Assembly: GCF_038024865.1 (NCBI RefSeq)
Contig: NZ_CP133772.1
Coordinates: forward strand, 8,131-72,130
Length of the DNA: 64,000 nt
Source of the DNA: Oxyplasma meridianum
GTDB taxonomy: Archaea > Thermoplasmatota > Thermoplasmata > Thermoplasmatales > Thermoplasmataceae
Reading direction: 5' to 3'
Shown here in pieces: positions 49,623 through 59,990 of the stretch (positions are counted from its first letter, which is position 1; each line of letters opens with the position of its first letter). Below the pieces are notes generated by a model. The model made no database searches, had not been told where the DNA came from, and saw nothing but the letters and a program-made list of their open reading frames with translations. The translations under genes and the position numbers were made by a program.

Positions 49623-50600
49623 ATGGTGACAGTAACAAGAAAAGTGCAGCAGACTGGAGGATCAACATTTATAGTATCCCTCCCGACCAAGTGGGCTAAA
49701 GAGAATGGACTCAAAAGAGGGTCTGAACTTGTACTTGAGGAAGAAGATGGAAACCTAATCATTCGCGGCAAATCTTTTGAACACAGAGAAATTGTCAAAA
49801 CAATAAATATTGAAGACGAGGTAAAGGATGGGAATCTGCTGCAGAGAACCATGACTTCATTTTATATCTCCAATTTTAAAACACTGATCATAAGGACCAA
49901 GGGACATATGAAACCGGATCTCAGGGAAGAGATAAGAAGATTTTCCAAGGTTGTTATGGGCGTTGAGATATTCGAGGAGTCCGCTAACACAATAGTTCTT
50001 CAGAATGTACTGGATTCATCCACATTTCCTCTTAACAATTCGGTGAGAAGGATGTCCCTGAATGTAGAAACAATGCTTGCCGACGTCATAGAAGGGATAA
50101 GGAAGAAGGACCAGGAACTGCTTGAAAGCATAGAAAAAAGGGACGATGATGTTGACAGGTACCAGTGGTACATATACAGAGAGGTGATCAAGGAGGGGGG
50201 GTCAGATACAAACAGAACTTTTTCCCTCATACTTTCCAGGATACTTGAAAGGATAGCAGATCATGCTGTAAACCTTTCAAAAATATGGAAGGTTGCTGCA
50301 GCGAATGTGGAAGATGGAATAGAGGGAATAACCCGTTTCCTTGGGACTGTACAGGCAATGTACATGGATGCAATAACCGCCTTCTATTCAAGAACCTATG
50401 CAAATCTTAATAGCATAATTAACAGGAAGGACGAGGTTCTGAAATTGAGAAGTGATCTGCTCATGGACAGATCAATAAAGGACATTTATACAAAGGCAGC
50501 AACCCTGGAAGAAATATCAAGAATTGGCCTATACGCCACTGATATCGCAGAACTCGCCATGGATCTTATTCTCTCGGAACAGGACAGTATAAAGATCTAG
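49623..50600 (+). CDS. AbrB/SpoVT-domain plus PhoU-domain regulator (phosphate uptake regulator-like)
   Basis: Swapped-hairpin N-terminus 'VQQTGGSTFIVSLPTKWAKENGLKRGSELVLEE', then two PhoU-like helical repeats with 'ERIADHAVNL'. Confidence 0.7.
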   Translation: MVTVTRKVQQTGGSTFIVSLPTKWAKENGLKRGSELVLEEEDGNLIIRGKSFEHREIVKTINIEDEVKDGNLLQRTMTSFYISNFKTLIIRTKGHMKPDLREEIRRFSKVVMGVEIFEESANTIVLQNVLDSSTFPLNNSVRRMSLNVETMLADVIEGIRKKDQELLESIEKRDDDVDRYQWYIYREVIKEGGSDTNRTFSLILSRILERIADHAVNLSKIWKVAAANVEDGIEGITRFLGTVQAMYMDAITAFYSRTYANLNSIINRKDEVLKLRSDLLMDRSIKDIYTKAATLEEISRIGLYATDIAELAMDLILSEQDSIKI

Positions 50601-51418
50601 ATGTCCACAGGTATAACTTCCGGCCTTGAAACGCTTCCAGTAATTCGCCCGGCTGGTATATTCACATCATGGTTGAAAATACATACATAATTTTCTCTTA
50701 TGGCTTTATCAATGATCTTCTTCTTCATCTTGAGGGTCTCCAGAGGAAAAGTGTCAATTGCCGTTATGTAGTTTGGCCTGATATGGAAGGCCGTGGGTAT
50801 GAGATCTCCAGGGTACATTATTTTTAATGCCCCGTCTTCAACGAAAATAACCTGATGTCCTGAAGTGTGCCCACCAGTTCTGAGTACTCTTATGCCTCTC
50901 TTAATATTTCTGCTCCCCTCAATAAGAGAGAGGTACCTGCTGTCAGACCTGTTCATTGTCATTCCATAACTGGATCTAGTTATCTCGTTTGTATTTCTCA
51001 AATTATGGATCTCTTCTTTCTGTGCCACTATTCTTGCATTTTGAAAATGTCTCTTTCCATTTTCCATGGAGACGGAGTGGCCAGCATGATCAAAGTGCAA
51101 ATGTGAATGAATTATGAAGTCAACTTTTTCAGGAGAGGAGAATTTACCCACCTGTTGAGGAAGATCTGATTCTTTGGTGAACTGGAAAATTTCAGCCTTC
51201 TTTGGATCAAAGTTGTTTCCGATTCCAGAATCTATGAGGAATGAATACCTTCTCCCCATGAAAAATGGGATGTTCAGTGCCAGCTTCACTCTTTCCATTG
51301 TATTGAGAGAAAAATGCCTGTTCCAGATGGATTTTGGCACAGTTCCGAAAAATGCTCCAGGATCAAGGGAAAAAGAACCGTCAGAAAGAATTTTAATATC
51401 AAATTCAGGCGATTCCAT
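50597..51418 (-). CDS. MBL-fold metallo-hydrolase
   Basis: 'HSHLHFDHAGH' HxHxDH motif. Confidence 0.75.
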   Translation of the reverse strand: MESPEFDIKILSDGSFSLDPGAFFGTVPKSIWNRHFSLNTMERVKLALNIPFFMGRRYSFLIDSGIGNNFDPKKAEIFQFTKESDLPQQVGKFSSPEKVDFIIHSHLHFDHAGHSVSMENGKRHFQNARIVAQKEEIHNLRNTNEITRSSYGMTMNRSDSRYLSLIEGSRNIKRGIRVLRTGGHTSGHQVIFVEDGALKIMYPGDLIPTAFHIRPNYITAIDTFPLETLKMKKKIIDKAIRENYVCIFNHDVNIPAGRITGSVSRPEVIPVDI

Positions 51419-53306
51419 TTTTTGTACCTCTAAACTCTGCAGCTTTTTCTTTGATCTGTTCTATAACAGATTTATCCTCAATATTGCTTATATCGCCAGG
51501 ATCCTGTCCAAGAAACGTTGTACGGAGAACCCGCCTGAGTATTTTGCCGTTTTTGGTTTTCGGAAGGTTCTGAAGATTTATTATGTATTTCGGAGAAAAA
51601 GACTTGCCCAAGCTCTTCTCAACCTGACGCTTTATAAGTGTGATGGTATCATCTCCCTCTTTGCCTGTATAAAAAACGACAATGGCTTCACCTTTTACCG
51701 CATCGGGAATACCTATCACAGCAGCTTCACTTGCATCCGGAACCTTGAGAACTGAATCTTCCACTTCGTTGGGTCCAATCCTCTTTCCTGAGGTCTTAAT
51801 AACTTCATCAGCCCTGCCGTACAGATAGAAATAGCCCTCCTCATCCATCTCTGCCCAGTCACCCTGATTCCATAGGCCTGGGTATTTTGACCAGTAACTT
51901 TGAAGGTATCTTTCAGGCTGATTCCAGATGCCCCTGGTCATGGATGGGGTATGTTCTCTGGCTACAAGGTAACCTATGCGGTCAATTATCTCATTTCCAC
52001 CTTCGTCCAATACAGAAACATTCATGCCAAGCCCCCGGTAAAGGCATCTGGGTTTAAGTGGAATAGCTGGAGTTGAGGCAAGGAAACACCCCATAATGTC
52101 TGTTCCACCTGACACATTTGCAATTGGGACTTTTCCAGATCCAAGCACCTTGAAAAGGTATGACCAGCTTTCCTCGTCCCATGGCTCTCCCGTGGAACCA
52201 AACACTCTGATGCCTTTCAGTTCTCTGGATATACCTTTGAACTTGTAATTTCTTATCAACGTTGGAGAAACGCCGAGAAGAGTAATCCCGTTTCCGTCTA
52301 TCAGATCCCATAGCCTGTCAGGGTTGGGGAAGTCAATTGCACCGTCATAGAGGAATATTGACGATCCCAGACAGTTTGATCCTATTATGGCCCATGGACC
52401 CATCATCCATCCCAGATCTGTGATCCAGAAAAGAGTATCACCCGGAATCAGGTCCATATAGTACTTGACTTCCTTTGTAACATTAACCAGTGTTCCTCCG
52501 TGGACATGTACCGTCCCCTTAGGTTTACCTGTCGTTCCAGAGGTATACAGCATTATTGCAGGGTCCTCACTGTCAGTGTGTACAGAACCTGTATAATTTC
52601 CACTTTCAAGAAGTGCCGCAAAGGAGACCTCACCTTCTTTCAGATCTGCCGGTTCTGAAATTATAAGCTTTACATTTTTGACAGATCTGGCAGTATCTGC
52701 CATTGGTATCTCCTTACCTTTTCTCATATAGCTTTCTGAGGTGAAAAGATATTCAATCCCTGCATCATCAATCCTGGTCTGAAGTGCATCCTTTCCATAG
52801 CCTGAGAATATGGGAACAGAAACTGCCCCTATTCTCATTATGGCATAGAAAGCAATCACACAATCCGGATTTAATGGCATGTATATACCTACCCTGTCAC
52901 CTTTCCTTACACCTAGATCAAGGAGGCTTCCGGCAAGTTTTCCGGTAAGTTCATCCATTTCCTTAAAAGTTATATGCCGTTTTCTCCCCTTTTCATCTTC
53001 AAACTTTATGGCATATCCTTCATTGTTCTTCCATTTTTCAACAGTGTTATAAACAATGTTCACTGAACCTCCAGTGAACCACTTTGTCCACTCCCTCCCT
53101 CCGGAATCATCAAAAACACTTTTATAATTTTTAAAGAATACTATATTCAATTCTTTAACCATTGCATCCCAGAATTCTTTGCGGTTGGTGTCAGCCCAGT
53201 CGTAAAGTTCCTTTACAGTACTGAATCCATACCTCTTCATAAGATGGTTGATATTGGTATTTTCAACAGTATCTTTTGAAGGCATATAGGAATAGTTGCC
53301 ATCCAT
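51405..53306 (-). CDS. acs: Acetyl-CoA synthetase (AMP-forming acyl-CoA ligase)
   Basis: 'YTSGTTGKPKG' AMP-binding motif, 'GDRVGIYMPLNPDCVIAFYAIMRIGA' ACS-specific region, 'YGRADEVIKTSGKRIGPNEVE'. Confidence 0.8.
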   Translation of the reverse strand: MDGNYSYMPSKDTVENTNINHLMKRYGFSTVKELYDWADTNRKEFWDAMVKELNIVFFKNYKSVFDDSGGREWTKWFTGGSVNIVYNTVEKWKNNEGYAIKFEDEKGRKRHITFKEMDELTGKLAGSLLDLGVRKGDRVGIYMPLNPDCVIAFYAIMRIGAVSVPIFSGYGKDALQTRIDDAGIEYLFTSESYMRKGKEIPMADTARSVKNVKLIISEPADLKEGEVSFAALLESGNYTGSVHTDSEDPAIMLYTSGTTGKPKGTVHVHGGTLVNVTKEVKYYMDLIPGDTLFWITDLGWMMGPWAIIGSNCLGSSIFLYDGAIDFPNPDRLWDLIDGNGITLLGVSPTLIRNYKFKGISRELKGIRVFGSTGEPWDEESWSYLFKVLGSGKVPIANVSGGTDIMGCFLASTPAIPLKPRCLYRGLGMNVSVLDEGGNEIIDRIGYLVAREHTPSMTRGIWNQPERYLQSYWSKYPGLWNQGDWAEMDEEGYFYLYGRADEVIKTSGKRIGPNEVEDSVLKVPDASEAAVIGIPDAVKGEAIVVFYTGKEGDDTITLIKRQVEKSLGKSFSPKYIINLQNLPKTKNGKILRRVLRTTFLGQDPGDISNIEDKSVIEQIKEKAAEFRGTKNGIA

Positions 53307-53384
53307 AATCTCAATATATTGTAAACATACTTAATTTTTTTAGAAGTGTTTGGAATTCACACAGGGGTTTAGAAAAATATGAAA

Positions 53385-53470
53385 TCCATCAACAATGGCA
53401 ACAGACTCCATTGGAGGTTATCATCTTTCCGATGCTTAAACGGCATGTGTGTAAATCAAATCCCATAACA
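53385..53470 (-). repeat. Diverged solo copy (D) of the IS right-end core
   Basis: 'ttggaggttatcatctttccgatgcttaaac' matches the 31-nt core of copies A, B and C, and flanking 'caacaatggcaaca' is similar to 'caaccatgttaacaa'. It lies between the acs start and the isochorismatase stop. Confidence 0.5.
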
Positions 53471-53608
53471 CTGTAATCAGGAAAGTTAACTATATTCATA
53501 ACGAGAGAGGGCAATTAATCCTGGGGTTATCCAAAGTAATGCGGTGTCTGCCTGGCATTCTGTCTTGAAAGATTGGAAATATGAAATATTTATTAATAAG
53601 CAGACCCC

Positions 53609-54154
53609 TTATGCCGTCACATCAAGAATTTTCTTCTCTGCGTCTGTTGCAGTCATAACTTCACCAAACCATTCTGAAATTATGCTGTTTGTGTTTGAAA
53701 TAAGCTGTTCAGGTTCCAAATCACCCCTCTTCCAGGTTGTGTGGCAGTCAGAGAGGAGAACAACTTTGTATCCATGCGAAAAACCCGATCTGCAGGTAGT
53801 GTCAACACACAACTCTGACTGAATCCCACATATTATAATGCGTTTCACATCCATGCTTTTCAGAATGAGATCAAGGTCAGTGTTGAAAAAGGAATCTGGA
53901 GTGTCCTTGTGAACAACCGGTTCAGACTCACCGGAAAGAATCTCATCTCTCAGGTGCCAACCTTCAGAGTTTGGTTCGAAGGAACTCCCGGGCGGGCCTG
54001 AGTGTTGAACAAGAACTACGGGTATCTCCTTTTCTCTGGCCTTTCCTGCAAAATCGGCAATTCTTGAAACAACCTCCTCACCACTGAAGACTGGATCTTC
54101 CGGAGGGAACATGGCTTTCTGTACATCAACTATAACCAGTGCTGTTTGGGGCAT
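53609..54154 (-). CDS. Isochorismatase-family cysteine hydrolase
   Basis: 'ALVIVDVQKAMF', catalytic 'IIICGIQSELCVDTT'. Confidence 0.8.
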   Translation of the reverse strand: MPQTALVIVDVQKAMFPPEDPVFSGEEVVSRIADFAGKAREKEIPVVLVQHSGPPGSSFEPNSEGWHLRDEILSGESEPVVHKDTPDSFFNTDLDLILKSMDVKRIIICGIQSELCVDTTCRSGFSHGYKVVLLSDCHTTWKRGDLEPEQLISNTNSIISEWFGEVMTATDAEKKILDVTA

Positions 54155-54284
54155 AACAGACCATTCGCAATTGTTTTATCTAGTTTTCCTGGGTTAGGGT
54201 AAAAATTTAATTTCAATTAAAATTATTACAAATCAGTATATCCAGATATATAAATATTTAATTATAAGAAATCAATCACACTTC

Positions 54285-54668
54285 ATGCATAATTCCACAG
54301 AACAGTTACTTGATCATATTCTTCAGGCTGGTATATGTTCCAAGGCGGACTTAGAGGGATCAAGCAAACTTCTCAGAACATTTGAAGATCCTGTTAAGGA
54401 AGATGAAATAAGAAACACTGAAAAGAAGATTAAAGCTCTTTCAGACGCAACAAGATTGAAGATATTTCTTCTCATCCTGAGAGGGGAGAAGTGCGTCTGT
54501 GAAATTGAATATCTTTTTAAAATACCGCAGTCAACAGTATCCAGGAACCTGGGTATACTGGAGAATTCCGGTCTAATCAGGAAGAGAAAAAAAGGGAAAT
54601 GGGTATATTACAGCATCAATGACAGCAATTTTGGAGATTTCATGAAAAGAACCTGTGGAGTTGAATAA
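54285..54668 (+). CDS. arsR: ArsR-family metalloregulator
   Basis: wHTH 'RLKIFLLILRGEKCVCEIEYLFKIPQSTVSRNLGILENSGLI'. The 'CVC' is the typical As(III)-binding site position. Confidence 0.8.
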   Translation: MHNSTEQLLDHILQAGICSKADLEGSSKLLRTFEDPVKEDEIRNTEKKIKALSDATRLKIFLLILRGEKCVCEIEYLFKIPQSTVSRNLGILENSGLIRKRKKGKWVYYSINDSNFGDFMKRTCGVE

Positions 54669-54671
54669 TAC

Positions 54672-55094
54672 TTGAAAGAGAAAAATTATCTTTTTGTATG
54701 CGTGGAAAATGCAGGAAGGAGCAAAATGGCTGAGGCATTTGCAAGGCATATTGGCATGAACGCGAAGAGTGCAGGAACCATCCCATCATCCTCTGTGAAC
54801 AGCATGGTTGCCCAGGCTATGAAAGAAAGGGGAATTGATCTCACGGACTCCAGGCCTGTGATGCTTGACGATAATTTGATAAACTGGGCAGACATGGTTA
54901 TAATAATGGGTTGCTCACTGCAGGATGCATGTCCTGCACCGGTTCTCGCTGCCATGCAAAAAAAAATCGTGGACTGGAATATCCCTGATCCAAAAGGAAA
55001 GACCATGGATGAGGTGAGATCAATCAGAGATACCATAGAGAAAAAGGTCCTACAACTTGCTGGTGAAGTAGCCCAGATTAATAGGAAGAAATAA
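54672..55094 (+). CDS. arsC: Arsenate reductase, LMW protein-tyrosine-phosphatase type
   Basis: P-loop 'LFVCVENAGRSKMAEA' (CX5R). Confidence 0.8.
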   Translation: MKEKNYLFVCVENAGRSKMAEAFARHIGMNAKSAGTIPSSSVNSMVAQAMKERGIDLTDSRPVMLDDNLINWADMVIIMGCSLQDACPAPVLAAMQKKIVDWNIPDPKGKTMDEVRSIRDTIEKKVLQLAGEVAQINRKK

Positions 55095-55168
55095 TTTAAG
55101 GGCTGAATATTCTGTTTAACCCGGGAATACTGTTTCCAGTTTCCATAATAATCTTTGCGGCAACACTT

Positions 55169-56407
55169 GTGCTGGTTCTTAAAAGGCCTAAAAACATTGG
55201 AATAGGATACGTTGCCATAGCCGGTGCTGTTGTGAGTCTTGCACTGGGGACAATTGATCTGGAAAGTGTTCTAATTGTATGGGGAATAGTTTGGAATGCA
55301 ACATTCACATTCATCGCAATAATAATCATATCCATTCTTTTTGATGAGGCTGGAGTATTCAAGTATGCAGCTCTGAAGATTGCAAGGTTCGCAGGAGGCA
55401 ACGGCGTCAAACTGTTTCTTTCAATAATCATTCTGGGTTCAGCTATTTCGGCCATTTTCGCAAATGACGGAACCGCGCTTATTCTCACTCCCATCGTCTA
55501 TGAAATACTCACCAGTCTTAAATTTCCCAAAAAGACAGTGATCCCATTCATAATGGCAACAGGGTTCATAGCAGATTCTGCAAGCCTTCCCCTGCCGGTA
55601 AGCAATCTTGTAAACATTGTCAGCACCACCTATTTCAAAATTAGCTTCAACAGCTATGCCAGAGAGATGATCATCCCAGATCTGGTATCAATAGCTGCGT
55701 CCATCCTGATCCTTTGGCTTTACTACAGAAAATCAATTCCCTCCAAATATGAGGCGGAAGACCTGGAGGATCCATGGAAAGCTGTTAGAGAACCGCATAT
55801 ATTCAAAATAGCGCTTCCAACAATAATAGTGCTCATTGCTGCCTACTCAATCGGCGGTTATTATAACGTACCCATTGCATTTGTGGCTATGTCTGCTGCC
55901 ATGCTGGTTCTCCTGCTTTCCCACTTCAGATCCAATATAGATCTCTTTAAGGTTATCAGGGAAGCTCCGTGGCAGATTGTCCTGTTTTCCTTTGGCATGT
56001 ATCTTGTTGTTTTTGGGCTTGGAAGGGAGGGATTTACATTTCTCATATCGGTTCTGCTGATTCACATATCCGCACTGCCAGGTCCCCTGAAAATTATACT
56101 GTCAGGATACCTGTTTTCAACCATGGCGGCCGGAATGAACAACCTACCTTCCGTTATGCAAGGGGCGCTGAGCATAGCAGCAATCCACGGCGGGTCGTCA
56201 CTCATTTACTCCAATGTGATCGGAAACGACATTGGGCCAAAATTTACACCCATTGGATCACTGGCCACTCTCCTATGGTTATATGCCCTGAACAGGAAAA
56301 AAGGGGTCACAATCACTTATGCATATTATATGAAAGTTGGGTTTATAATTGCACTTCCGGTGCTGACACTGACTCTTCTCTCGCTTTGGGTGGAAACGGC
56401 GATTTGA
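55169..56407 (+). CDS. arsB: Arsenical pump membrane protein ArsB
   Basis: A roughly 12-TM protein; 'FANDGTALILTPIVY' matches the ArsB signature. Downstream of arsR-arsC. Confidence 0.8.
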   Translation: MLVLKRPKNIGIGYVAIAGAVVSLALGTIDLESVLIVWGIVWNATFTFIAIIIISILFDEAGVFKYAALKIARFAGGNGVKLFLSIIILGSAISAIFANDGTALILTPIVYEILTSLKFPKKTVIPFIMATGFIADSASLPLPVSNLVNIVSTTYFKISFNSYAREMIIPDLVSIAASILILWLYYRKSIPSKYEAEDLEDPWKAVREPHIFKIALPTIIVLIAAYSIGGYYNVPIAFVAMSAAMLVLLLSHFRSNIDLFKVIREAPWQIVLFSFGMYLVVFGLGREGFTFLISVLLIHISALPGPLKIILSGYLFSTMAAGMNNLPSVMQGALSIAAIHGGSSLIYSNVIGNDIGPKFTPIGSLATLLWLYALNRKKGVTITYAYYMKVGFIIALPVLTLTLLSLWVETAI

Positions 56408-56486
56408 GTCAATTTCGCATAAAACTCATGGGCAAATTAATTAACTATATACACAGTATGAATCATGTTAAAGGTCTGGTGGTAAT

Positions 56487-56891
56487 TTGAAATGCTCGGT
56501 CCAGAGAAAAAAAATTGATGTCAATGAATTGATAGAAAACACAAGAAATCCAGAGGCTGGGGCTATAGTTATTTTTCTTGGAACTGTCAGGAAGAATTCA
56601 GAAGAAAAGGAGATTCAGTGGCTTTTTTATGAGGCATATGAGGAGATGGTAGTTGAAGAGCTGGACAGGATCGTAAAAGAGGCAACTAAAAATTATCAAA
56701 TAACTGATGTCAATCTTGTGCACAGGCTTGGAAGGCTGGGCATCAAAGAAGACAGTGTGGCAATATGCGTGTCTTCCCCACACAGGAAAGAGGCTTTCAC
56801 GGCATGCCAGTTCATAATCGATGAGATTAAGACACGTGCGCCTATATGGAAAATGGATATCACTGCACAGGGAGAAAAGGAGTGGCATTAA
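56487..56891 (+). CDS. moaE: Molybdopterin synthase catalytic subunit MoaE
   Basis: 'GAIVIFLGTVR', 'AICVSSPHRKEAF' MoaE fold. Apparent TTG start. Confidence 0.8.
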   Translation: MKCSVQRKKIDVNELIENTRNPEAGAIVIFLGTVRKNSEEKEIQWLFYEAYEEMVVEELDRIVKEATKNYQITDVNLVHRLGRLGIKEDSVAICVSSPHRKEAFTACQFIIDEIKTRAPIWKMDITAQGEKEWH

Positions 56892-56980
56892 TTCTCTTTC
56901 AACTTTGTAAACCTCGAAGCTTATTATGTTGATCTTTTCAGTCACACAAAGGTTATTAAGGATTCTAAAATAGTTGTATT

Positions 56981-57964
56981 ATGATTACTGATGATTACGG
57001 CCGACCTGTAACAAGCATGAGGATACAGGTGAATACAACCTGTAATTTCAAGTGCTTCTTCTGCCATATGGAAGGGACGGGCGTTCACTCAGAGAAAATG
57101 ACACCTGATGAGATAGAAAGAATTGTTGAAATTGGCCACAAGATGGGTGTCAACAAGATAAAATTCACCGGAGGGGAACCTCTTCTCAGGAATGATATTG
57201 TGGAAATAGTGAGGAGGACAAGAAAGCACATAGATGGCGACATATCCATGACCACAAACGGTTTCATGCTCCCTGTTTATGCAGAGGCATTGAAGGCTGC
57301 AGGACTGGATCGGGTCAATATATCATTTCACTCTCTTGAGAGAGAAAGTTTCCAGTTCATAACAGGCACTGATTCCATGGATAAGGTCATAGAGGGTATA
57401 AAGGCAGCAAAAAAAGCCCATTTTGATCCCATAAAGCTGAATTTTGTTGTTTTGAAGGGTGTAAACGAAGACCAGGTTCAGAGGCTTGTAAACATCTCTG
57501 CAATACTCGGGGTGAGGGTTCAGTTCATAGAGTATGAAACAACAAGAGAGGGGATAAATTCAGAAGATTTTCAGAGATATCATATTGATCTCAATCCTTT
57601 TGAGAATGAGATCAGCAAAAGTGCTGTGGAGATAAAACATAATATACTGCATAACAGGCCAAGATATATTGTCCAAACAGAGAATGGCTATGCAGACGTG
57701 GAATTTGTAAAGCCCATGATGAATTCTGATTTCTGCAACCACTGCACAAGAATAAGGGTAACATCCACCGGCCTTCTGAAACCATGCCTTATGAGAAGTG
57801 ACAACTACATAGATATACTCAAGGAAATTAAAAATGAAAATTCAGAGGAAAAGCTTACAGATATATACCTTAAAGCTGTAAGGAGCAGGGAACCATACTG
57901 GAAGGAGAATTATGAAAATAGTGGTAAGGTACTTCGCACTGTTCAGGGATATAACGGGAACTGA
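56981..57964 (+). CDS. moaA: GTP 3',8-cyclase MoaA (radical SAM)
   Basis: 'CNFKCFFCH' CxxxCxxC radical-SAM cluster, 'KFTGGEPLLR', second cluster 'CNHCTRIRVTSTGLLKPCL'. Confidence 0.9.
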   Translation: MITDDYGRPVTSMRIQVNTTCNFKCFFCHMEGTGVHSEKMTPDEIERIVEIGHKMGVNKIKFTGGEPLLRNDIVEIVRRTRKHIDGDISMTTNGFMLPVYAEALKAAGLDRVNISFHSLERESFQFITGTDSMDKVIEGIKAAKKAHFDPIKLNFVVLKGVNEDQVQRLVNISAILGVRVQFIEYETTREGINSEDFQRYHIDLNPFENEISKSAVEIKHNILHNRPRYIVQTENGYADVEFVKPMMNSDFCNHCTRIRVTSTGLLKPCLMRSDNYIDILKEIKNENSEEKLTDIYLKAVRSREPYWKENYENSGKVLRTVQGYNGN

Positions 57965-58157
57965 TCAGGAAACTTTTGTTATTGAAGAGAGTGCACCTGT
58001 TTCTTATCTTCTTGAAACAATAAGAAAAAAATACGCTGATTTTGAGAGGACAAAAAGGGATATACTGGTTTCAGTCAACAGGAACTTTGCAACTCATGAA
58101 TTCAAACTGAAGGACGGGGATGAGGTTGCCATTTTCCCGCCAGTGAGCGGTGGTTAA
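57912..58157 (+). CDS. moaD: Molybdopterin synthase sulfur-carrier subunit MoaD
   Basis: 81 aa with a beta-grasp fold and a C-terminal '...FPPVSGG' Gly-Gly. The start lies 53 nt inside the moaA 3' end in another frame, preceded by a GGAGG RBS. Confidence 0.75.
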   Translation: MKIVVRYFALFRDITGTDQETFVIEESAPVSYLLETIRKKYADFERTKRDILVSVNRNFATHEFKLKDGDEVAIFPPVSGG

Positions 58158-58159
58158 TT

Positions 58160-58603
58160 TTGATCGACATCGGCGAAAAAGAAATTGTGAGAAGAACTGC
58201 AACGGCATCAGGTTTTATTAAGCTCAAAAGGGAGACTCTGGATGCAATCAAAAAAGGAGAAGTGAAGAAGGGGGACGTTCTGAGCACGGCCAGATCTGCC
58301 GGAATAATGGCAGCAAAGCACACTCCGGACACAATACCTTTCTGCCACATTATTGCACTGGAGCATGCAGATTCAAAATTCACCATTGAAGAAGAGGGTG
58401 TGAAATGCACATGCGTAGTTTCTGCCAGGTATAAAACAGGTGTGGAGATGGAGGCTTTGAATTGTGTGTCTGCCTCTCTACTCACAATATGGGATATGGT
58501 GAAGTATATGGAAAAGGACAGTAAGGGTCAGTATCCCCACACACAATTAAGCAGTATTATGGTGGAGATGAAAGAGAAAACGCCACTTTCCGGTGAAGAG
58601 TGA
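58160..58603 (+). CDS. moaC: Cyclic pyranopterin monophosphate synthase MoaC
   Basis: 'KGDVLSTARSAGIMAAKHTPDTIPFCHII' MoaC motif. TTG start. Confidence 0.85.
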   Translation: MIDIGEKEIVRRTATASGFIKLKRETLDAIKKGEVKKGDVLSTARSAGIMAAKHTPDTIPFCHIIALEHADSKFTIEEEGVKCTCVVSARYKTGVEMEALNCVSASLLTIWDMVKYMEKDSKGQYPHTQLSSIMVEMKEKTPLSGEE

Positions 58604-59088
58604 TGGTCCATAAGGACATTCATATAAAGGACCTCTCCTATCTTCTGGTTACAGTCTCCACAACAAGAACTTTTGAAAACGATGAAACAGGGAAACTGAT
58701 GCAGAGTCTTTTTGAAGCAAAAGGCAGGAAATGCAAAAGATCTATAGTCAGGGACGACATGGCGGAGATCCTTAAGGCTTTCACAGACAACTTCAGAGAA
58801 TTTGATGTTTTTGTCTACTCAGGAGGCACAGGTCTCACAGAGTATGATATGACCGCCAATGTGATGAGAAAACAGTGCGATCGGGAGATTAAGGGATTTG
58901 GCGAGACCTTCAGGAGGCTGAGTTATGAAATGTCTGGGCCTCTTACAATCCTTTCAGATGCATCTCTCTTCATCATCAATAAAAAATTGGTTTATGTTGT
59001 TCCAGGTTCACCTGATGCCCAGAAGATCGCAAATGATCTAATCCTTTCAATTTCCGATCATGCTTATTCCGAAATGCACCGAAAATAA
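58603..59088 (+). CDS. moaB: Molybdopterin adenylyltransferase MoaB/MogA
   Basis: 'VTVSTTRT' and 'YSGGTGLTEYD' MogA/MoaB motifs. The ATG overlaps the moaC TGA (TGATG). Confidence 0.8.
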   Translation: MVHKDIHIKDLSYLLVTVSTTRTFENDETGKLMQSLFEAKGRKCKRSIVRDDMAEILKAFTDNFREFDVFVYSGGTGLTEYDMTANVMRKQCDREIKGFGETFRRLSYEMSGPLTILSDASLFIINKKLVYVVPGSPDAQKIANDLILSISDHAYSEMHRK

Positions 59089-59369
59089 AGGAATAAGTGT
59101 TAAGTGATCTGGAGTTCATCAAGATATGGGCTGCAAAACGAAAAACCAATTTATTGAGGCATTTAAGAGTTATAAAGAGTAAAGCATCTGATCTAACCCG
59201 AAGTTCAGAAGATTATAGCTGATTTTTAGAAATGGGAAGACCAGATCACTTGGAAAATAGAAAAGATCACAAAAAAGATCTATGAATAATCCTGTGGAAA
59301 AAATGCCTCACAAAACTATCATGTCGCTTTAAATAGCTAAATTAAAATATTTCTATAGATTATAACCTT

Positions 59370-59948
59370 ATGAGTGGAGCATTACCACCTTTGGCAATAG
59401 GATTCTTCGGCCTCGGGACAGGTTATTTTATCTATGGAGGATGGGAATTCTTTAGGATACCGCGGGAAATGAGCGATAAGGTAAGCAAGGTTCTTGGTCA
59501 ATGGGGGGTCTGGATGCCCGGATTTATGCAGTTTCTTGCCGGAACATATCTGTTTCTGGGGTTGACTGTATTTAATGCTTTTCAGGGGAGTCCAGTTCTG
59601 TATATGGCGGCTACAGCCTTTACTGCATACGGTGTTCACTGGTTTGCGCTTGGTATCAACAGGTACTATGGTGGAGATACTACGGTAGATGGGTATATGG
59701 CTATTGCCTTCCTGTGGATCTCCATAACAGGAGCTTTCGTATTCTTCAAGGCTGGTGACATACCTGTTGGAATCCTTTTCGTTCTTCTGGCGTTAGTGTA
59801 CATATCTGACATACCAGCCAGCCTGCTGAAATCTGCCAGCTGGACAAGGATAAAGGGATTCTGGCACCTAGTCACTGGAACATGGCTCATGTACCTTATG
59901 TTTGCAGCAGTGACGACATTTGCTCTAGGAATGTCACTACCACTGTAA
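59370..59948 (+). CDS. Six-TM membrane protein, possibly GPR1/FUN34/YaaH-type (acetate/succinate channel)
   Basis: About 190 aa with six hydrophobic helices. The N-terminal 'LPPLAIGFFGLGTGYFIYG' loosely resembles the 'NPAPLGL' signature of that family. The assignment is weak. Confidence 0.35.
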   Translation: MSGALPPLAIGFFGLGTGYFIYGGWEFFRIPREMSDKVSKVLGQWGVWMPGFMQFLAGTYLFLGLTVFNAFQGSPVLYMAATAFTAYGVHWFALGINRYYGGDTTVDGYMAIAFLWISITGAFVFFKAGDIPVGILFVLLALVYISDIPASLLKSASWTRIKGFWHLVTGTWLMYLMFAAVTTFALGMSLPL

Positions 59949-59990
59949 TCTATTTTTTTTTAATTATTCTTTTTTTGTTATAAAATTCAG
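59949..59990 (+). terminator. Poly-T archaeal terminator-like tracts
   Basis: 'tctatttttttttaattattctttttttgtt' directly after the stop codon. Confidence 0.3.
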
